From: Mobula hypostoma
Lineage: Eukaryota
NCBI RefSeq assembly: GCF_963921235.1
Contig: NC_086106.1
Coordinates: 26,846,001-26,910,000, forward strand
DNA length: 64,000 nt
Direction: 5' to 3'
Shown one piece after another: positions 34,640 through 48,499 of the stretch. The translations under genes and the position numbers were made by a program. The notes under the pieces were generated by a model that was given only the letters and a program-made list of their open reading frames with translations, searched no databases and had not been told where the DNA came from. Each line of letters starts with the position of its first letter. The stretch's first letter is position 1.

Positions 34640-37600
34640 TATGCCACAATACACGTATGTACCATACCGAATCTCAATTACAGAACGCCGCTGATTTCTA
34701 CCCAACACTTTGGTTCGTCCCAGGCTGGTAAATCTTCTCTCTCTCTCTCTCTCTCTCAGACACACACACACTCTCTCTCTCTCTCGCTCTCCCGCTCTCT
34801 CTTTCTCCTTCGAATGCGTAAACACCCGCTGTGAACGTGACTCCCCCAACAAAACAACTAATCAAGAAACTGTGTCCTCATCCTTTATACCGGTTGGAAC
34901 ATGCCATCGCGTGACATCACATCACCCACTATCACGACACTTATATCATGGAAATATCACGAGACAATTACATCATACCGATATCACGAGACAATTATAT
35001 CATGCTCACGAGATACTCACGGGACAAGTAACACCTGCCCTCAAGAAAAGAAAATATTGATCTGTCAAAAGCAAAATTTAAACTACAATTTACAAAATAT
35101 ACAGATGCATAAAGTTTACAAAATGCACGATGCACACACAGTTATCATACAGTACCAATATAACATGGCAGGAGTGTACACAAATATCAAAATTCCACTC
35201 CATTTAAAAATTACATTGCAAGTTCCACATCTGGACAGATAGTCGGCAATTACATTATATTTGCCTTTAATGTGAGTTATTCAGAGATCATATTCTTCTG
35301 AAAATTAACTACAATTTAGTAACCTTCTATTTTGGTTTTTCAGTTTACTCAAAAATACCAATGGATTATGATCGGTGTAAACCCCTAGTGGTTTCTAAGT
35401 TGCGCCAACTTACACATCAAAAATTTTCAGAGCTAAAATAAGGGATAATAATTCCTCTTCTATCGCTGAATAATTTCTTTGATGCCCATTAAATTTCTCG
35501 GAAAAGTAAGCCACGGGATGATCAACATCATCATAATTATCCCGTTATAGTAATACTCCTCTTGCAGCCTCGTCTCTGGCATCCACAGCTAGGGAAAATG
35601 GCTTTTCAAAGTCAGGTGACCTGAGCACAGGGTGGCGACATAGGATAGCTTTCAACTTATCAAAGGCCTCCTGAGAAGGCTTTTTCCAAACACACTTCTC
35701 AACTTTCTTCAGGAGGTTAGTTAATGGAAGGGCAATCTCGGCAAATTTCTTACAGAACTTACCGTAATATCCTACCATTCCCAGGAATCTTCTGAGAGTT
35801 TTCTACTAGCTGAAGTTTGAACCTTCAAAATTGTCTGAACTTTTGAACAGGAGTGAACCTGCGTTGACCCACCACGTAACCAAGGTCGGTCACAGTCGCA
35901 TGGCCAAATTCACTTTTAGCTAAATTAATAGTTAGGTTGGCTTGTGAAAGCCTTTCAAACAGCTTTCCCACTGCAGTTGTGTGTGCTTTCCAAATGTTAT
36001 TACCTGTGATTAATCATCAATACAGGCATCTGTATGTTTTAACCCTTGAATTACAGAATTAATCATTCTCTGTAAGGTTCCAGGAGAATTCTTCATTCCA
36101 AATAGCAGGACGTTGTATTCATTTAACCCAGCATGCATTACAAATGCAGAAATATCTCTACATTTATCTGTCCAGGGAACACACCAATATCCTTTTAACT
36201 GGTCGATCTTTGTACGAAACTTAGCTTTTCCAGCTCTATCCACAAAGTAATCTACCCTTGGGATTGGATACATATCGGTTTATGTTACAGCATTTACCTT
36301 TGTATAATCTGTACAAAACGAATACTACTTTCTGGCGTCATCGGAAGTCATTCCTGCCTATGGCCATCAAACTTTACAGCTCCTCCCTTGGAGGGTCAGA
36401 CACCCTGAGCCAATAGGCTCATCCTGGGCTTATTTCCTGGCATAATTTACATTTTACTATTTAATTATTTATGGTTGTATTACTATTTAATTATTTATGG
36501 ATCAACTATAACGAAAACCAATTTCCCCTGGGATCAATAAAGTATGACCATGACTATGACTATGACTATGACTATGGTTTGGTCACCAAGACTCAAGGTG
36601 TACTCCAATCCGAAGCAGAAGGTCGAATAATAATATTTTCTAACATATATTCCATTTCTTGTTCAGTGCTTTTACATTTTTCCATGTCCATTCGAATGGA
36701 AGTTGCTTTATGGGTTTGACGTTCCCAACATCTACATCATGTGAGGCGACTGTGGTTCCTTTTGGAACGTCTGGAAGTAAATCCAAAACTTTGATAATTA
36801 ACTGCTTTATTTGCTGCCGCTGCTGTGGCTGTATATGAGCCAATTTCTTATCAATAGTTTCCAAAATTGTCGAATTTGGAAGTCTGGTGGAAATAATGTT
36901 CGGTTTAAAATTAGCCTCAGATGGATCAGGTACCAAGTTCCCAGGCAGCTCAGACTCAGTGTCATTGACAACAACAGTCATAGCGGCGATCTGGTTTTCA
37001 TAATATGTTTTTCTCATATTTACATGACAAAGCAGCGTAGGCCTCCTCGATTTGGAGTTTGTACCGCATAGACCGCATTATTACCTTAAGATATAATTTC
37101 GTAAGGGCCGTGAAATTTAGCTTTTATTGGTTCGTTTGCACAGTGGAAAAAACAGCACCTTATTTCCCGACTTAAATGACCTCGTTCTAGCTTCCTTGTC
37201 ATACCATGTTTCCATTCTTTCCTGAGTAGATTTTAAAATTTCCCAACTTAACTGCAAGCTTTTTGCAATACTTCCGTAAATTTCAAGACATAATCCCGCA
37301 AATTAGTCTGTAGTTCTTTGTTAACACACTGTTGTTTTAACAATGCCAAAGGTCCTCGGACTGAATTACCAAACACAAGTTCAAAGGGGCTAAAGCCTAG
37401 GGACTCCTGCACTGACTCCCTTACTGCAAATAAAAGCAAATGAACTACCGCATCCCAATCATTCTCCATTTCGACGCAGAATATCCTAAACATGGGTTTG
37501 AGGATAGAATGGAACCTTTCTAAGGCTCCCTCTGATTCTGAATGGTACGCAGACGATATAATCTGCTTGGCTCCCAGGTTATAAACTACTTGCTGGAATA

Positions 37601-39130
37601 AACCAGGCATAAAATTACTTCTTTGAAGACTGCATTTTTTAGGCAACCCAAATACAATAAAGATCTTCATAAGAGCCTTCGTCACAGTTTTAGCTCTTAT
37701 TTTCCTGTGAGGTATTGCTGCTGCAAACTCAGAATCTGTACACATGATGGTCAGCAAATCTTGATGTCCTGCTTTAGCTTTTGGCAATGGGCAAACACAA
37801 TCTACAATAACTTTAGAAAACGGTTCACCAAATGCAGGAATATTTTGCATTTGTGCCATTGGGTTGTCTTGGTTAGGTTCACCCACAACCTGACAGTGTG
37901 ACAAGTTCGAAAAAATGTCGCCACATCTTTCCTCAAACCAGGCCAGAAGAAGTGTTGCATAACTTTGTTCACAGTTTTACTCACACCTACATGGCCACCT
38001 AAGGGGCATACTATGAGCCAAAGGTAAAATTACATTTCTACAGACCTTGGAAACGACTAATTGGTGAACAGCTGCCCAATCCTCATTTGCAAGAATCTCA
38101 GGTGGTCTCCACTTTCTCGTTAACACTCCACTCTGGAAATCAAACCCTACTGGCACATTCTCAATCTCGCTATCTGGGAAAGCGTTCTCTCTGAACGTGG
38201 CAACCTCAAGATCTCTGCTCTGCTCTGCTCTGCTATAATCTCTTTCCTGGCATAGACAAGTTTTTATAGTCAGACTCACTACAAGTATCCTGATCGAACA
38301 AGGATGATAGGAAAGCTCCTGGCAAATCATCAAAAGCTGAATCTCGATTTGAGCTGTCATGGGTAGTAGACCAATGCTGCACAGAACCATCTGCCTTGGC
38401 AGAATATTTCGGCATAGCTCCGGTTACTACACAGGAGGGATACATGTCAACATCCATCTTTGGATCATCAGTGATTGGCTTATTTGTCAGCTGCACTGCA
38501 GGAACAACCTTTCCATCTGCTCGGTCATTCCCTAATATAAAGAAAGACCATCCACCGGTAGACTGTGTTGTAGTCCGATATTAACAGGTCCTGAATCTGT
38601 CCCTGACATTAAAACTGCTTTGTGCAGAGGTGCAGGCGTAAAGTTACCCTCAATACCTCGTATAAAATTTACTGCACCGTGTCAGTCTCATCGCTAAACC
38701 CTAGAACACTGTCGAACATAAGTGACAGAGAAGCCCCTGTATCCCTAAGAAATTTTATTGGTACTGGAGAGGACCCTTTATTCAGGGCATAAATCCCTCT
38801 GACGTAAAATGATCGAATCCCTTCCTAACTCGGTCAGACTGTGTCAGACCTTCCTTTGAATGTCGCAAACCTGCGGGTTTATGGGTATTTCAAAGTGTTG
38901 TACACAGCCATCTGGAACTGATGCATTTGCCTTCTCACCACTGAATCAACCTGCTAGTTGAGGTTTACGGCACCGTGCGCGAAGACTCCCATGTCCATTT
39001 CCATCTCCGATTTTTCAATTTTCTTCCCATTTTGAAAGTGCATACCATACACTGCCTCTTTCCTGCCTCTTTCAGTGACTTGCTTCCTCGAACTGGACCG
39101 CCCGGTTGTAACAATATTCAAACTATAATT
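34640..39130 (-). mobile_element. pol: Gmr1-like Gypsy element, copy C
   Basis: Integrase ORFs 37248-38390, RT 36010-36273, RNase H 35545-35778; same PR-IN-RT-RH order. Confidence 0.88.
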
Positions 39131-39857
39131 TCGGGTTTTAATCTTCCACGAAAATAGATACGCCACATTTCACCACCCTGAACTTCATCGGCTATTAGTC
39201 GCCCGAAGTAAAAGCCTGCATATACCTGATACAGCCGATTATTTTTCGATTCTCCGTTCCCCGTTCAAGTCATTGCACGTGGCAAGAATTGTGTAAATTT
39301 ATCTAAAACATAACACTACATGATTTAAAATATTTTGTACGAATCCAAGGGGAAAATAACAATTCTAATATATTTTCATCAGATTCATCTGAACAGACAA
39401 ACATCCTCATTGCGAGCGTTTCGTTTTTCGTTGCATTTCCAGCAGCACGGTTTCCTCTCTTTCATTCTATCCAAACGCATTTCACAGTGAATTTCTTCTA
39501 TTTCCAGATAACAACTTGCAGCCCCGAGAGCTCAGCACAGATTTCCTCTCCAAATATCCACCCCAGAATTTCCAAATTTAACCAGTCATTCACTTTTGCT
39601 TTCTATTTGCAAACTCAAGACAGGAACTGGAGCATCATGGAGATTTCAGTCTGATCCAACTCACAACACATCGTTGACCTACCTGGGACTGCAAATACCA
39701 CAAACATTGGGTAATAATAGTACTCGTATGGTAGGTGCCTACTCCGAATCATTTTATGTCGAGGTGAGCACTATGCGCAGGCATACAAATTCGGTTCCAC
39801 TGTTATACGAATTGGGCACCGGCGGATGTATATATTTATAATATAAGTTAAAACAAT

Positions 39858-40270
39858 ATGAGAGTAGGACATCATCTCCTTGCGGATTTCTATTTCAAAT
39901 AAGTTTTCAGCTCCGTGTTAAATTCAATAATTCCTTTCATTAAACAAACACCAGCTGAGTGTTAAACAAACAATAGAAACCGAAAAATTGCATTTTAATT
40001 TACGTTTCAAAGGTCCATGCGTTCCAGGTTCTTTGCGAGTACGGACCTGCCGTGGAAATATGAACATCAAGATCAAATTAACGGATGCAATATATCCCTG
40101 ACCTCTTGTACCCCAGTGTCCTATTGCAATTCAAACGCCTTTTCTATACAATCGCTTACCATACGACTACCAAAGCATGGAAAGCAAAGAATCGATTTTA
40201 CTGAAGTGAGAGAGTTTGTGTAAATGCAGGGAAGATGCACTTAAGGTAGAATCCAGTGTGATAGCATTTG
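39858..40270 (+). pseudogene. Decayed leader + TCR V relic, family 3 copy b
   Basis: ATG 39858 (MRVGHHLLA..), acceptor ttccAG at 40027, GNMNIK..DAIYP-DL-(W)Y(R)QCP at ~40050-40122, gca aag aat cga ttt (AKNRF) at 40184; 3' end replaced by the atcagaatcagg repeat. Confidence 0.45.
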
Positions 40271-40429
40271 GGTCAAAATCAGAATCAGGTTTAATATGTC
40301 TTGAAATTTGTTCTTTTGCAACGGCAGTACATTGCAATATGTAAGAATGAAAACTATATATTGCTGTAAAATGTATATATAAAAATAAAATGTTAAATTA
40401 ATTTTGCCTTGCAAAAAGAGAGGAAAAGT

Positions 40430-41166
40430 ACTGAGGGAGTGTTCATGGGTTCTTTGTCAATGCAGAAATCTTACGGCGGAGGGGAAGAAGCTGTTCCTGA
40501 AAAGTTGAGCGTGTGTCTTCCGACTGCTGCCCGTCCTCCTTGACGGAAGCAATGAGAAGAGGACGTGACACGAGCGACGGGGATTCTTAATGATGGGTGC
40601 TACCTTTTAGTCAAATCGCCTTTTGAAAGTGTCCTGGATACTGCAGAGACTATTGCCCATGATGAAGTGGGCAGAGTTTACATATTTCTGCAGCATTTTC
40701 AGATCCTGTGCATTAGCCGCTCCGCACCAGACGTAATGTACGCAGCCGAGGTCACCACTATGGTCAGAATGGTCTCCTCATAACAGCCAATATGTCATCA
40801 TATCACTCTTCATTAACTGTAGTATTTAAATAACACTGACGTCACTTTATCTAAACTACGCTTGACTCCTCTAGGCTTGGCCATTCAATGCACTAATCCC
40901 TTTCAGAAAAGATTGGCCAAGATAATACTTGATAATGCCACAGCACTCACTGGAGTCTTTTGTGCAACGGTGAAAGCTCAAAGTCAGTTTATTTTCAAAG
41001 TGCATATATGTCACCATATACAATCATGAGATTAATTTTTACGGGCATTCACAATAAATCCGTAATAAAATAATCTCTTTAATAGAATAAACGAAAGACC
41101 GCACCGACATGGCCATTGAACCAGTCTGCAAAAGACAAAAATCTATGCAGGTACAAAAAAGAAGGA

Positions 41167-41208
<42 letters not shown>

Positions 41209-43520
41209 AATAAACAATAAATACCGAGACTATGAGCCGAATAGTCCTTGAAAGTGAGTCTATAGGTTTGAGAACATTTCAATGATGAGGCAAGAGAAGA
41301 TGTGGACAGGTATCGACTTTGGTTCAGGAGCCAGATGACTGAGGGGCAATAACTGTTCCTGAACATGGTGGCGTGAGTCCTGTGGCTCCTGTTCCTTCTT
41401 GCCGACGGCATCAAAGAGAAAGGAATATGACCTAGGTTGTTGGGGTCCCTGATGATGGATGGTGCTTTTGTAATGAGCTCTGCGGGCCCATGTGGGGAGC
41501 TAGAGACAGTTGGGCTCCGGGCTTTTTGGAGCACCTGAATTGGTTAATTCTTGTTTATCGAGACCCATTAATCCTTGATGCTTTCCGTTTAACCTTGTTT
41601 ATCACATTTATTTTCGGGGATTTCTTGTTACTTAAATTATTTCAAGTGGACGTTCTGTTAGCAGAATCACGTGGTCCACGTTTTGAGAATGATGTATGTC
41701 GCGGTGCGGTTTGGCCGAGAAACCAATGTTCTGTCGGAATCCTTGTGTATCAACTCTTGTCGCCGTCTCCACATGGGTGTCTGTCTTTCCTCTGCACTGG
41801 GTCCCGTCATTGCCAGCGCACATCGTGATAGCTGTCCTGCGATTACGGTACGCGTAGATGTGTTTAATGCTGGGGAGAGCTTTACCAATGATGTGCTGGG
41901 TCATATCGGCCACTTTTTATAGAACTTTCCGTTCGGTAGACCAGAAGCCATAGGAGCATTGGCCATTCGCCCCGTCGAGTCTGCTCCGCCATTCTATCGT
42001 GGCTGACCCAGGATGCCATACATCCCCGTACACTTGCCTTCTTGCCATAGACTTTGATGCCCTGACCAATCAGGAAACTATCAACTTCCGCCTTAAATAT
42101 GCATGGACTTGACCTCCACCGCAGTCTGTGTCAGAACAGTCCACAGGTTCACTGCTGTCTGGCTAAATAAAAATCCTCCTTAGTTCTTTTCTGAAAGGTT
42201 GATCCTCAATTTTGAGGCTATTCATTCTAGATCTGGATAATCCCACCACAGGAATCATCCTCTCCACAACCACCCTGCTTACTCCTTTCAATATTCAGCA
42301 CGTTTCAAAGAGATCCCCCCGTATTCTTCTAATCCAGTGAGTACAGACCTAAAGCTCCCAAACATTCCATATATGTTAATCTCTTCAGTCCCGGAATCAT
42401 CCTCGTGAACCACCTCTGGACTCTTTCCAGTGACAACACATCAATTCTGAGATATGGGGCCCGAAGCTGTTGACAATACTCCAGTTACGGCCTGACGAGT
42501 GTCTTGTAAAGTCTTGTTCAAGGGTATTGGTGTTTTCATAACAGGCTGTAATGCAACCAGTCAATACTACGCATCTCTGGAAAGTTTGGTAAAGCTTTAG
42601 ATTTTATGTTGAATCTTCACAAACTCACAAGGACGTGTACGTGAATACAATTATCTGTCGAGCCCAGGACATGTCTTCTGAAACGCTAACACCGAGGAAT
42701 TTAAATTTGCTGACCCTGTCCACCAGTAATCCTCCGATGAGGACTGGCTCATAGACCACTGGTTTCCTCCTCCAGAAGTCAATAATCAGCTCCTTGGTCT
42801 TGCTGACATTCTATAAGAGTTTTTCGCTGTGACACCACTCAGCCAGATAGTCAGTTTCCCTCCGTTATGCTGCGTCTTGATTCGGCCAAGACGGTGGTGG
42901 CGTTAGCAAACATAAATATGGTATCCGGAATGTGCATAGCCACACGGTCATAAGTGTAAAGTGAGTCGTGCAGTGGGATGACCACACGGTTTTGTCGTCC
43001 ACCTGTACTGATGGATATTGTGGCGGAGATGTTGCTGCCAATCCGAAATGACTGGGGCCTGCAAGTGAGGAATTAGATGATCCTATTGCAGCAGGAGTTA
43101 CTGAGGTCAAGGCCTTGAAGCTTATTAACACACTGAAACTAATTGACTATTTTTGAGCTGATGATGTATTGAATGGCGAGTTGTACTCGATAAGAGGGTG
43201 CTGATTTATGCATCATTTCTGCCCAGATGTTGCAGGGTTGAGTGAAGATCCAATGAGATGCCATCTGTTGTGACAGGTTGCTCCGGTTGGCAAACTGGAA
43301 AGTATCCAAGTTGCTTCTTAAGCAGAAGTTGTTAAATTTGATCACCAACCACTCAGAACACCATATCACTGTGTATGTAAGTGCGACTGGACAATAGCCA
43401 TTGAGACAGGTTTCTACGTGCAAGTGATGTCTGTTTGAAGACGGTGGTACCTGAGACTACTGAATCGAGAGGTTAAATATCTCAGTGAACATTCCAGCCA
43501 ATTGATCAGCACAGATCTTT
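40430..43520 (-). mobile_element. Cluster of decayed Rex1-like and CR1 LINE fragments
   Basis: Minus-strand PSIIRDPNNLGH..LMPSARR..FRNSY (41079-41534), CR1 tail 41930-42520, HVETCLNGYCPVALT..DTFQFANR (43139-43423). Confidence 0.65.
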
Positions 43521-43899
43521 AGATCCTGTGACATTTGAATTAGCCTCATTGATGCATATTGTGTCCGGAATTGCCAGTTCGCCCGAGAGGTAGCTTTCCA
43601 GGCTGCAATCAGAACCAATGCACTATTCGAGATGTAATAATTGTTCGCTCGACAACAGAAATCAATTTCAACTTATGCTTATTCCACGGTCTAGTGTTTA
43701 TATTATCGTCACAGGGACGTTCAACGCAGAAAATGGGTCTTCAGTCATCAACCAACCTTAATCTTCAGTAACACTATTGATAAACAATAAATTTCTATCC
43801 CATTTTGCCACACATCTGATTTTCTCCTTGTGTTCCCTTGCATTTCATGTGTTGCTCAAGCTTCTCATTTGCTCCTTGGTGCTTGTACTTGCTAGGCAG

Positions 43900-44380
43900 C
43901 CCTTATTCTTCTTAACCAGGACCAGAATACCCCTTTTAAACCAATATTCCCTGAACCACCTCGTCATACCTTACAGTACTATCCCAGTGCTTTCAGTATT
44001 TTCCGTTTGAAAACTTCCCCCTTGCTAGTCACCCGCTTTCCAGAAAATAATCTGTTCAAATCCACACCTGTTTGATTCTTTCTGGTGCTAGCAATGTTGG
44101 ACTGTTTCCAATTTGGAATATTAACGCGAAGTCTAATCCTATCCTTCTCCATAATTATCCAGAAACTAATGGATTTCTGATCATCCCTCACCTGCCTTAT
44201 CTCTTTTCGTAATAGGGGGCCCAATATCGAACCCTCTTCAGCAGGGACCGTTACATAGTGATTAAGGAACTTCTCCTGGGTGTATTTAACAAACTCCATA
44301 CTATCCAGTCCTTCTATATCACGAGACTCCCATTCAATACGTGGAAAGTTAAAAGCACCCGACATTCGCATCCTTACTTT
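43900..44380 (-). mobile_element. CR1 endonuclease/linker fragment
   Basis: GAFNFPRIEWE..EFVKYTQEKFLNHYV..EGSILG..RVNIPNWK. Confidence 0.7.
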
Positions 44381-44419
44381 TCTTGCAACTATCTAGTCTC
44401 TCTTCCCACAAATCTGTTC

Positions 44420-45010
44420 CTCTATATCTTGCCGACGAACACCAGTAATGTGATCAGAAATTTCTTGTTCCCAGTTTCCGCCACGTAGCTATCGTAGACG
44501 AGCCCTTCAGTCTGTCCTGTCGGAGCACCGCCGTGGTATTTCGCTGACTGGTCATGACATCCATACTCCTTAAATACGTTAGCGTCTGGGTAGCCCACAA
44601 CTGACTGGCATGAGCATCGATTTCTCGAACTTCCAGTCTCCTTCACCGTTCCCTATCCCTGTTTCACTCTCTCACTTTATCTCTCTATTTACCCATCACC
44701 TCTCCATGGTTCTCCTTCCCATTCCCTTTCTTCCACGGTCTTCTGTCCTCTGCTAACTGATTCCCATATTTTCAGCCCTATATTTCTTTCACCAATTAAA
44801 TTCTCAGCTCTTGACTTCATCCCCTCATCCCATCCCTCACCCCCTATCACCTGCCACTTTGTACGTCCTTCTTCCCTTCCCTGATAAATTTGACTTCTCC
44901 CCCTCCATTACCGTCCTGAAGAGGAGTCTCGGCCCGAAACGTCCACTGATTTCACTTTTCCATCGATGCTGCCTGTTCTGCTGAGTTCCTCCAGCGTTCT
45001 GTGAGTGTTT
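44420..45010 (+). mobile_element. Penelope-like 3' remnant
   Basis: cgtctgggtagcccacaactgactggcatgagcatcgatttctc (RLGSxQPxGMxIDF-like), pyrimidine tract and cctgaagaggagtctcggcccgaaacgt tail. Confidence 0.6.
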
Positions 45011-45049
45011 CTCTCGTCAAGACCCTGGAATTCAGCGTTCTCCCCACTG

Positions 45050-46050
45050 AGTTTGATCGTCGTAAACATCTTTCTTTATTGTTTAGCGTTTAAACGACAG
45101 GCAGAAGATCGGGCAGATTTGTGGATAGCAGGGTGAGTTCGAATATAACATGCGAACAGAATCAAAAGGGTGATGAATACACAGGACTGAAAATATTATA
45201 TTTGAAAATAAGCAGTTTACAGAAGAAGGTAGATGATCATGTAGCGCAGTTAGAGAGTGGCAGGTGTGATGTTCTGGTCATCTCTGAGTTGTGGCTGAAG
45301 GAAGACCAAAGTTGGAAGCTTAAGATCCATACATAAGCCTTGTATCTAAAGAATACGTACTGCTGGGGAAAAAAATAAAATAAAATCCTCAGAAAGAGAT
45401 GACATGGGATCAAAAGATGCAGAATCCTTGCTTGTAGAGATCGGAAACTGCAAGGTTATAAATGCCCTAATAGAAATTACAAACCGACCCCCGAACAGAT
45501 GCCAGGATGTGAGATATAAATTTAACCTGGAAATAGAAAATGCATGTAATAAGGGCAATTTTATGACAGACTTGGGCTTTTCAATGTGCAGATAAATTAG
45601 GAACATTTGGTTGGTGCTGGATCCCAAGAGAAGGAATATTTAGAATGCTGTCGAAATGCAGGTGAAAGGAAATTCGGAAGTGTGTGCCATGTAATAAACC
45701 GGATTTCATTACGGAAATTAAGGTAAAGGAAACCTCACGACCCAGTGATCATAATTTGATAGAATGTTGCCTGCAGTCTGAGAGGGTGAAGCTAAAATCT
45801 GATACAAAGGTATGACAGCAGAGCAAAGGGAATTACAGAGTCATGAAAGAGGATCTGGCCAAATTTGATTAGAAGGTGACGCTATCACGGATTCTGGCAC
45901 AAGAGCAACGTATGGAGATTCTGGGAGCAAATCGGAAGACGCATGATAGATAGATACATTCCAAATCTGAAGAGGTACTCGAAATGGAAGTTGAGACAAC
46001 TGTGACTTACAAGGGAAATCAAAGACAGCGTAAAAGAAAAATAGAGTGTA
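45050..46050 (+). mobile_element. CR1 APE endonuclease fragment
   Basis: ILYLKISSLQKKVD..DVLVISELWL; ESLLVEIGN..NRPPN. Confidence 0.7.
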
Positions 46051-46079
46051 CGGGGGGAGGGGAGGAGAACTGAGTTGAG

Positions 46080-46530
46080 AGAGATAATAAATCAGCCATA
46101 ACACCATTCTATATTGGATTCGGCATATCGAGTCTGCTCCGATATTTCAACTCGGCTGATCCATTTCCCTCTCGGCCCCATTCTCCTGCCTTCTCCCCAA
46201 AACAATTCACGCCCTGACTATTCAAGAGCCTATCAACCTCCGCCTTAAATGCGCTGAATAACCTGGCCTTCGCATTCACATGTGGTAATGACTTCCACAG
46301 ACAGACCATCCTCTGGCGAAAGAAATTCCTCCTTATCTCTGTTGAAAATGAACGTCCGTATATTCTGAGACTATGCCCCCTGATCCTAGACCCCAACACG
46401 CACAGGAGACATTTTTTCGACATCGACTCTATCTAAGTCTTTCAACAGTCGATAGGTTTCAATGCGATCCCTTCTCATTCTTCTAAATTCCAACGAGTAA
46501 TGACCCAGAGCCATCAATGGTTGAAGACAA
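46080..46530 (-). mobile_element. CR1 3' end
   Basis: SRIRGHSLRI..RRNFFRQRMVCLWKSLP..FKAEVDR. Confidence 0.75.
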
Positions 46531-46899
46531 ACACGAGACGGTTTTCATTCCAGGAATCTTTCTCATGAGCCTTCTCCGAACCTTCTCCAATGTCGGCACA
46601 TTCTCAGTCAAACAAGAGGCCTAAAACTGCTCACAATGTTCCAAGCCTCACTAGTGTCTTAAAAGGCATTCGTGTGACATCCACAAAATGCTGGAGGAAC
46701 TTAGCAGACCAGGCAGCATTTATTGAGAAAAAAAGTATACTCAAGGTTTCGGACCGAGACCCTTCGGCAGGACTGGAGAAAAAAAAAAGATGAGGAGTAA
46801 ATTGAGAAGGTGGGCGGGGGGTGGGGAGTGGACAGAGAAATGCAAGGTGATAGGTGAAAGCGGGAGGTGTAAGGAAGAAGTAGAGAACTGGGAAATTGA

Positions 46900-47960
46900 T
46901 TGGTGAAAGAGATACAGGGCTGCAGAACGGGGATGTAACAAAACACATTGATGAAGGTAGAGTAGTAGATGTAGTGGAAATGGATTTCAGTAAGGAATTT
47001 AGTAACGTTCCCCATAAAAAGCTCATTCAGAAAGTGAGGAGACATGGGATCCAAGGAGACCTTTCTTTGTGCATCTAGAGTTGACTTGCCCACAGAAGGC
47101 AAGGAGTAGTTGTAGATGGTCATATTCTGCGTGGAAGTCGGTGAACCAGTGGTGTTCCGTAGTGATCTGTTCTGGGAACCCTCCTGTTTGTGATTTTTTA
47201 TAAATGACCTGGTAGAGGAAGCAGAAGGGTGGGTTGATAAGTGTGCTAATGACACAAAAGTTGGGGTTGTTGTAGATAGTCTGGATAGTCAGAGGTTACA
47301 GCGGGACAATGATAGATGCAGAACAGGACTGAGAAGTGGCAGATGGAGTTCAACCCAGACAAGTGTGAAGTGGCTCATTTCGGTCCGACAAATTTGAAGA
47401 CAGAATATAATATTATTGGTAAGACTCTTGGCAGAGTGGAGGATCGGAGAGATCTTGGAGTCTGTGTCCATAGGACACTCAAAGCTGTTGCGCAGGTTGA
47501 CAGTGTTGTTCAGAAGGCGTATGGTGTGTTCACCTTCATTAACCGTGAGATTGAGATCAAGAGCCGTGAAGTAATGTTGCAACTCTGTAAGACTTTAGTT
47601 CGGTCGCGCTTGCGGTACTGAGTTCAGTTCTGGTCACCTCACTACAGGAAGGATGTGCAAACTATAGAAAGGGTGCAGTGGAGATTTACAAGGATGCTGC
47701 CTGGATTGAAGAGTGTGCCTTATGAGAATAGGTTGAGTGAATTGACCTTTACTACCTGAAGTGACGGAGGATGAGAGGAGACCTAATAGAGGTGTATAAG
47801 ATGACGGGAGGCATTGATCGTCTGGATAGCCAGGGACCTTTTTCCAGGGCTGAAATGGCTATCACGAGGGGGCATAGATTTAAGGTGCTTGGAAAAAGGT
47901 GGTGGGGGCAATGTGAAAAGTAAATTTTTCACACAGAGAACAGTGGGTGCGTGGAATGCA
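46900..47960 (+). mobile_element. CR1 RT fragment
   Basis: VDVVEMDFSKEF..VPHKKL; WQMEFNPDKCEV..DLGV..YCVQFWSPHY. Confidence 0.8.
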
Positions 47961-48499
47961 CTGCCAGCGACGGTAGGGAACTTCTCGGCAGTTTGTCGGG
48001 TAGGTTACATAGTCGACACAGCTTTGTCGGCCGAAGGGTCTCAAATGTGCTGTAAATTTCTATGTTCTGTGTTCTATTTTCTATGTTCTCCCGGTTTCAC
48101 CCATCACCTTGTGTTTCTCTGTCCCCTCTCCCCACACTGTAAATCTATTCCTCATCTTCTTTTCTCCAGTCCGGCCGAAGGATCTTGGCCCGAAAAGTCG
48201 ACTGTATTATTATTGCCTGGCCTGCTGAGTTCCTCTAGCATTTTCTGTGTGCTGCTTGGATTTTCAGCATCCACAGATTTTTTCTTATCCATGTTACATC
48301 CTTGTTTCTATATTCCTGTCCTCTCCAAAGGAATGTTAACATTGCATTTGCCTTCCTCACCATCGTCTCAATATGCAAATTAACCTTTACAAAATTATGC
48401 ACGAGGACTCCCAAGTCCACTTGGAATTTTCTATACGTTTAAAAAATAGTCGATGCTTTTATTCCTTCTGTAAAGTGTATGACCAGACACGCCTCGGGT

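Larger units (their letters stand above)
32034..39150. repeat. Segmental duplication module, copy C
   Basis: Offset 31589 from copy A; ~99% identical to A up to ~33465, more divergent afterwards. Confidence 0.9.
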
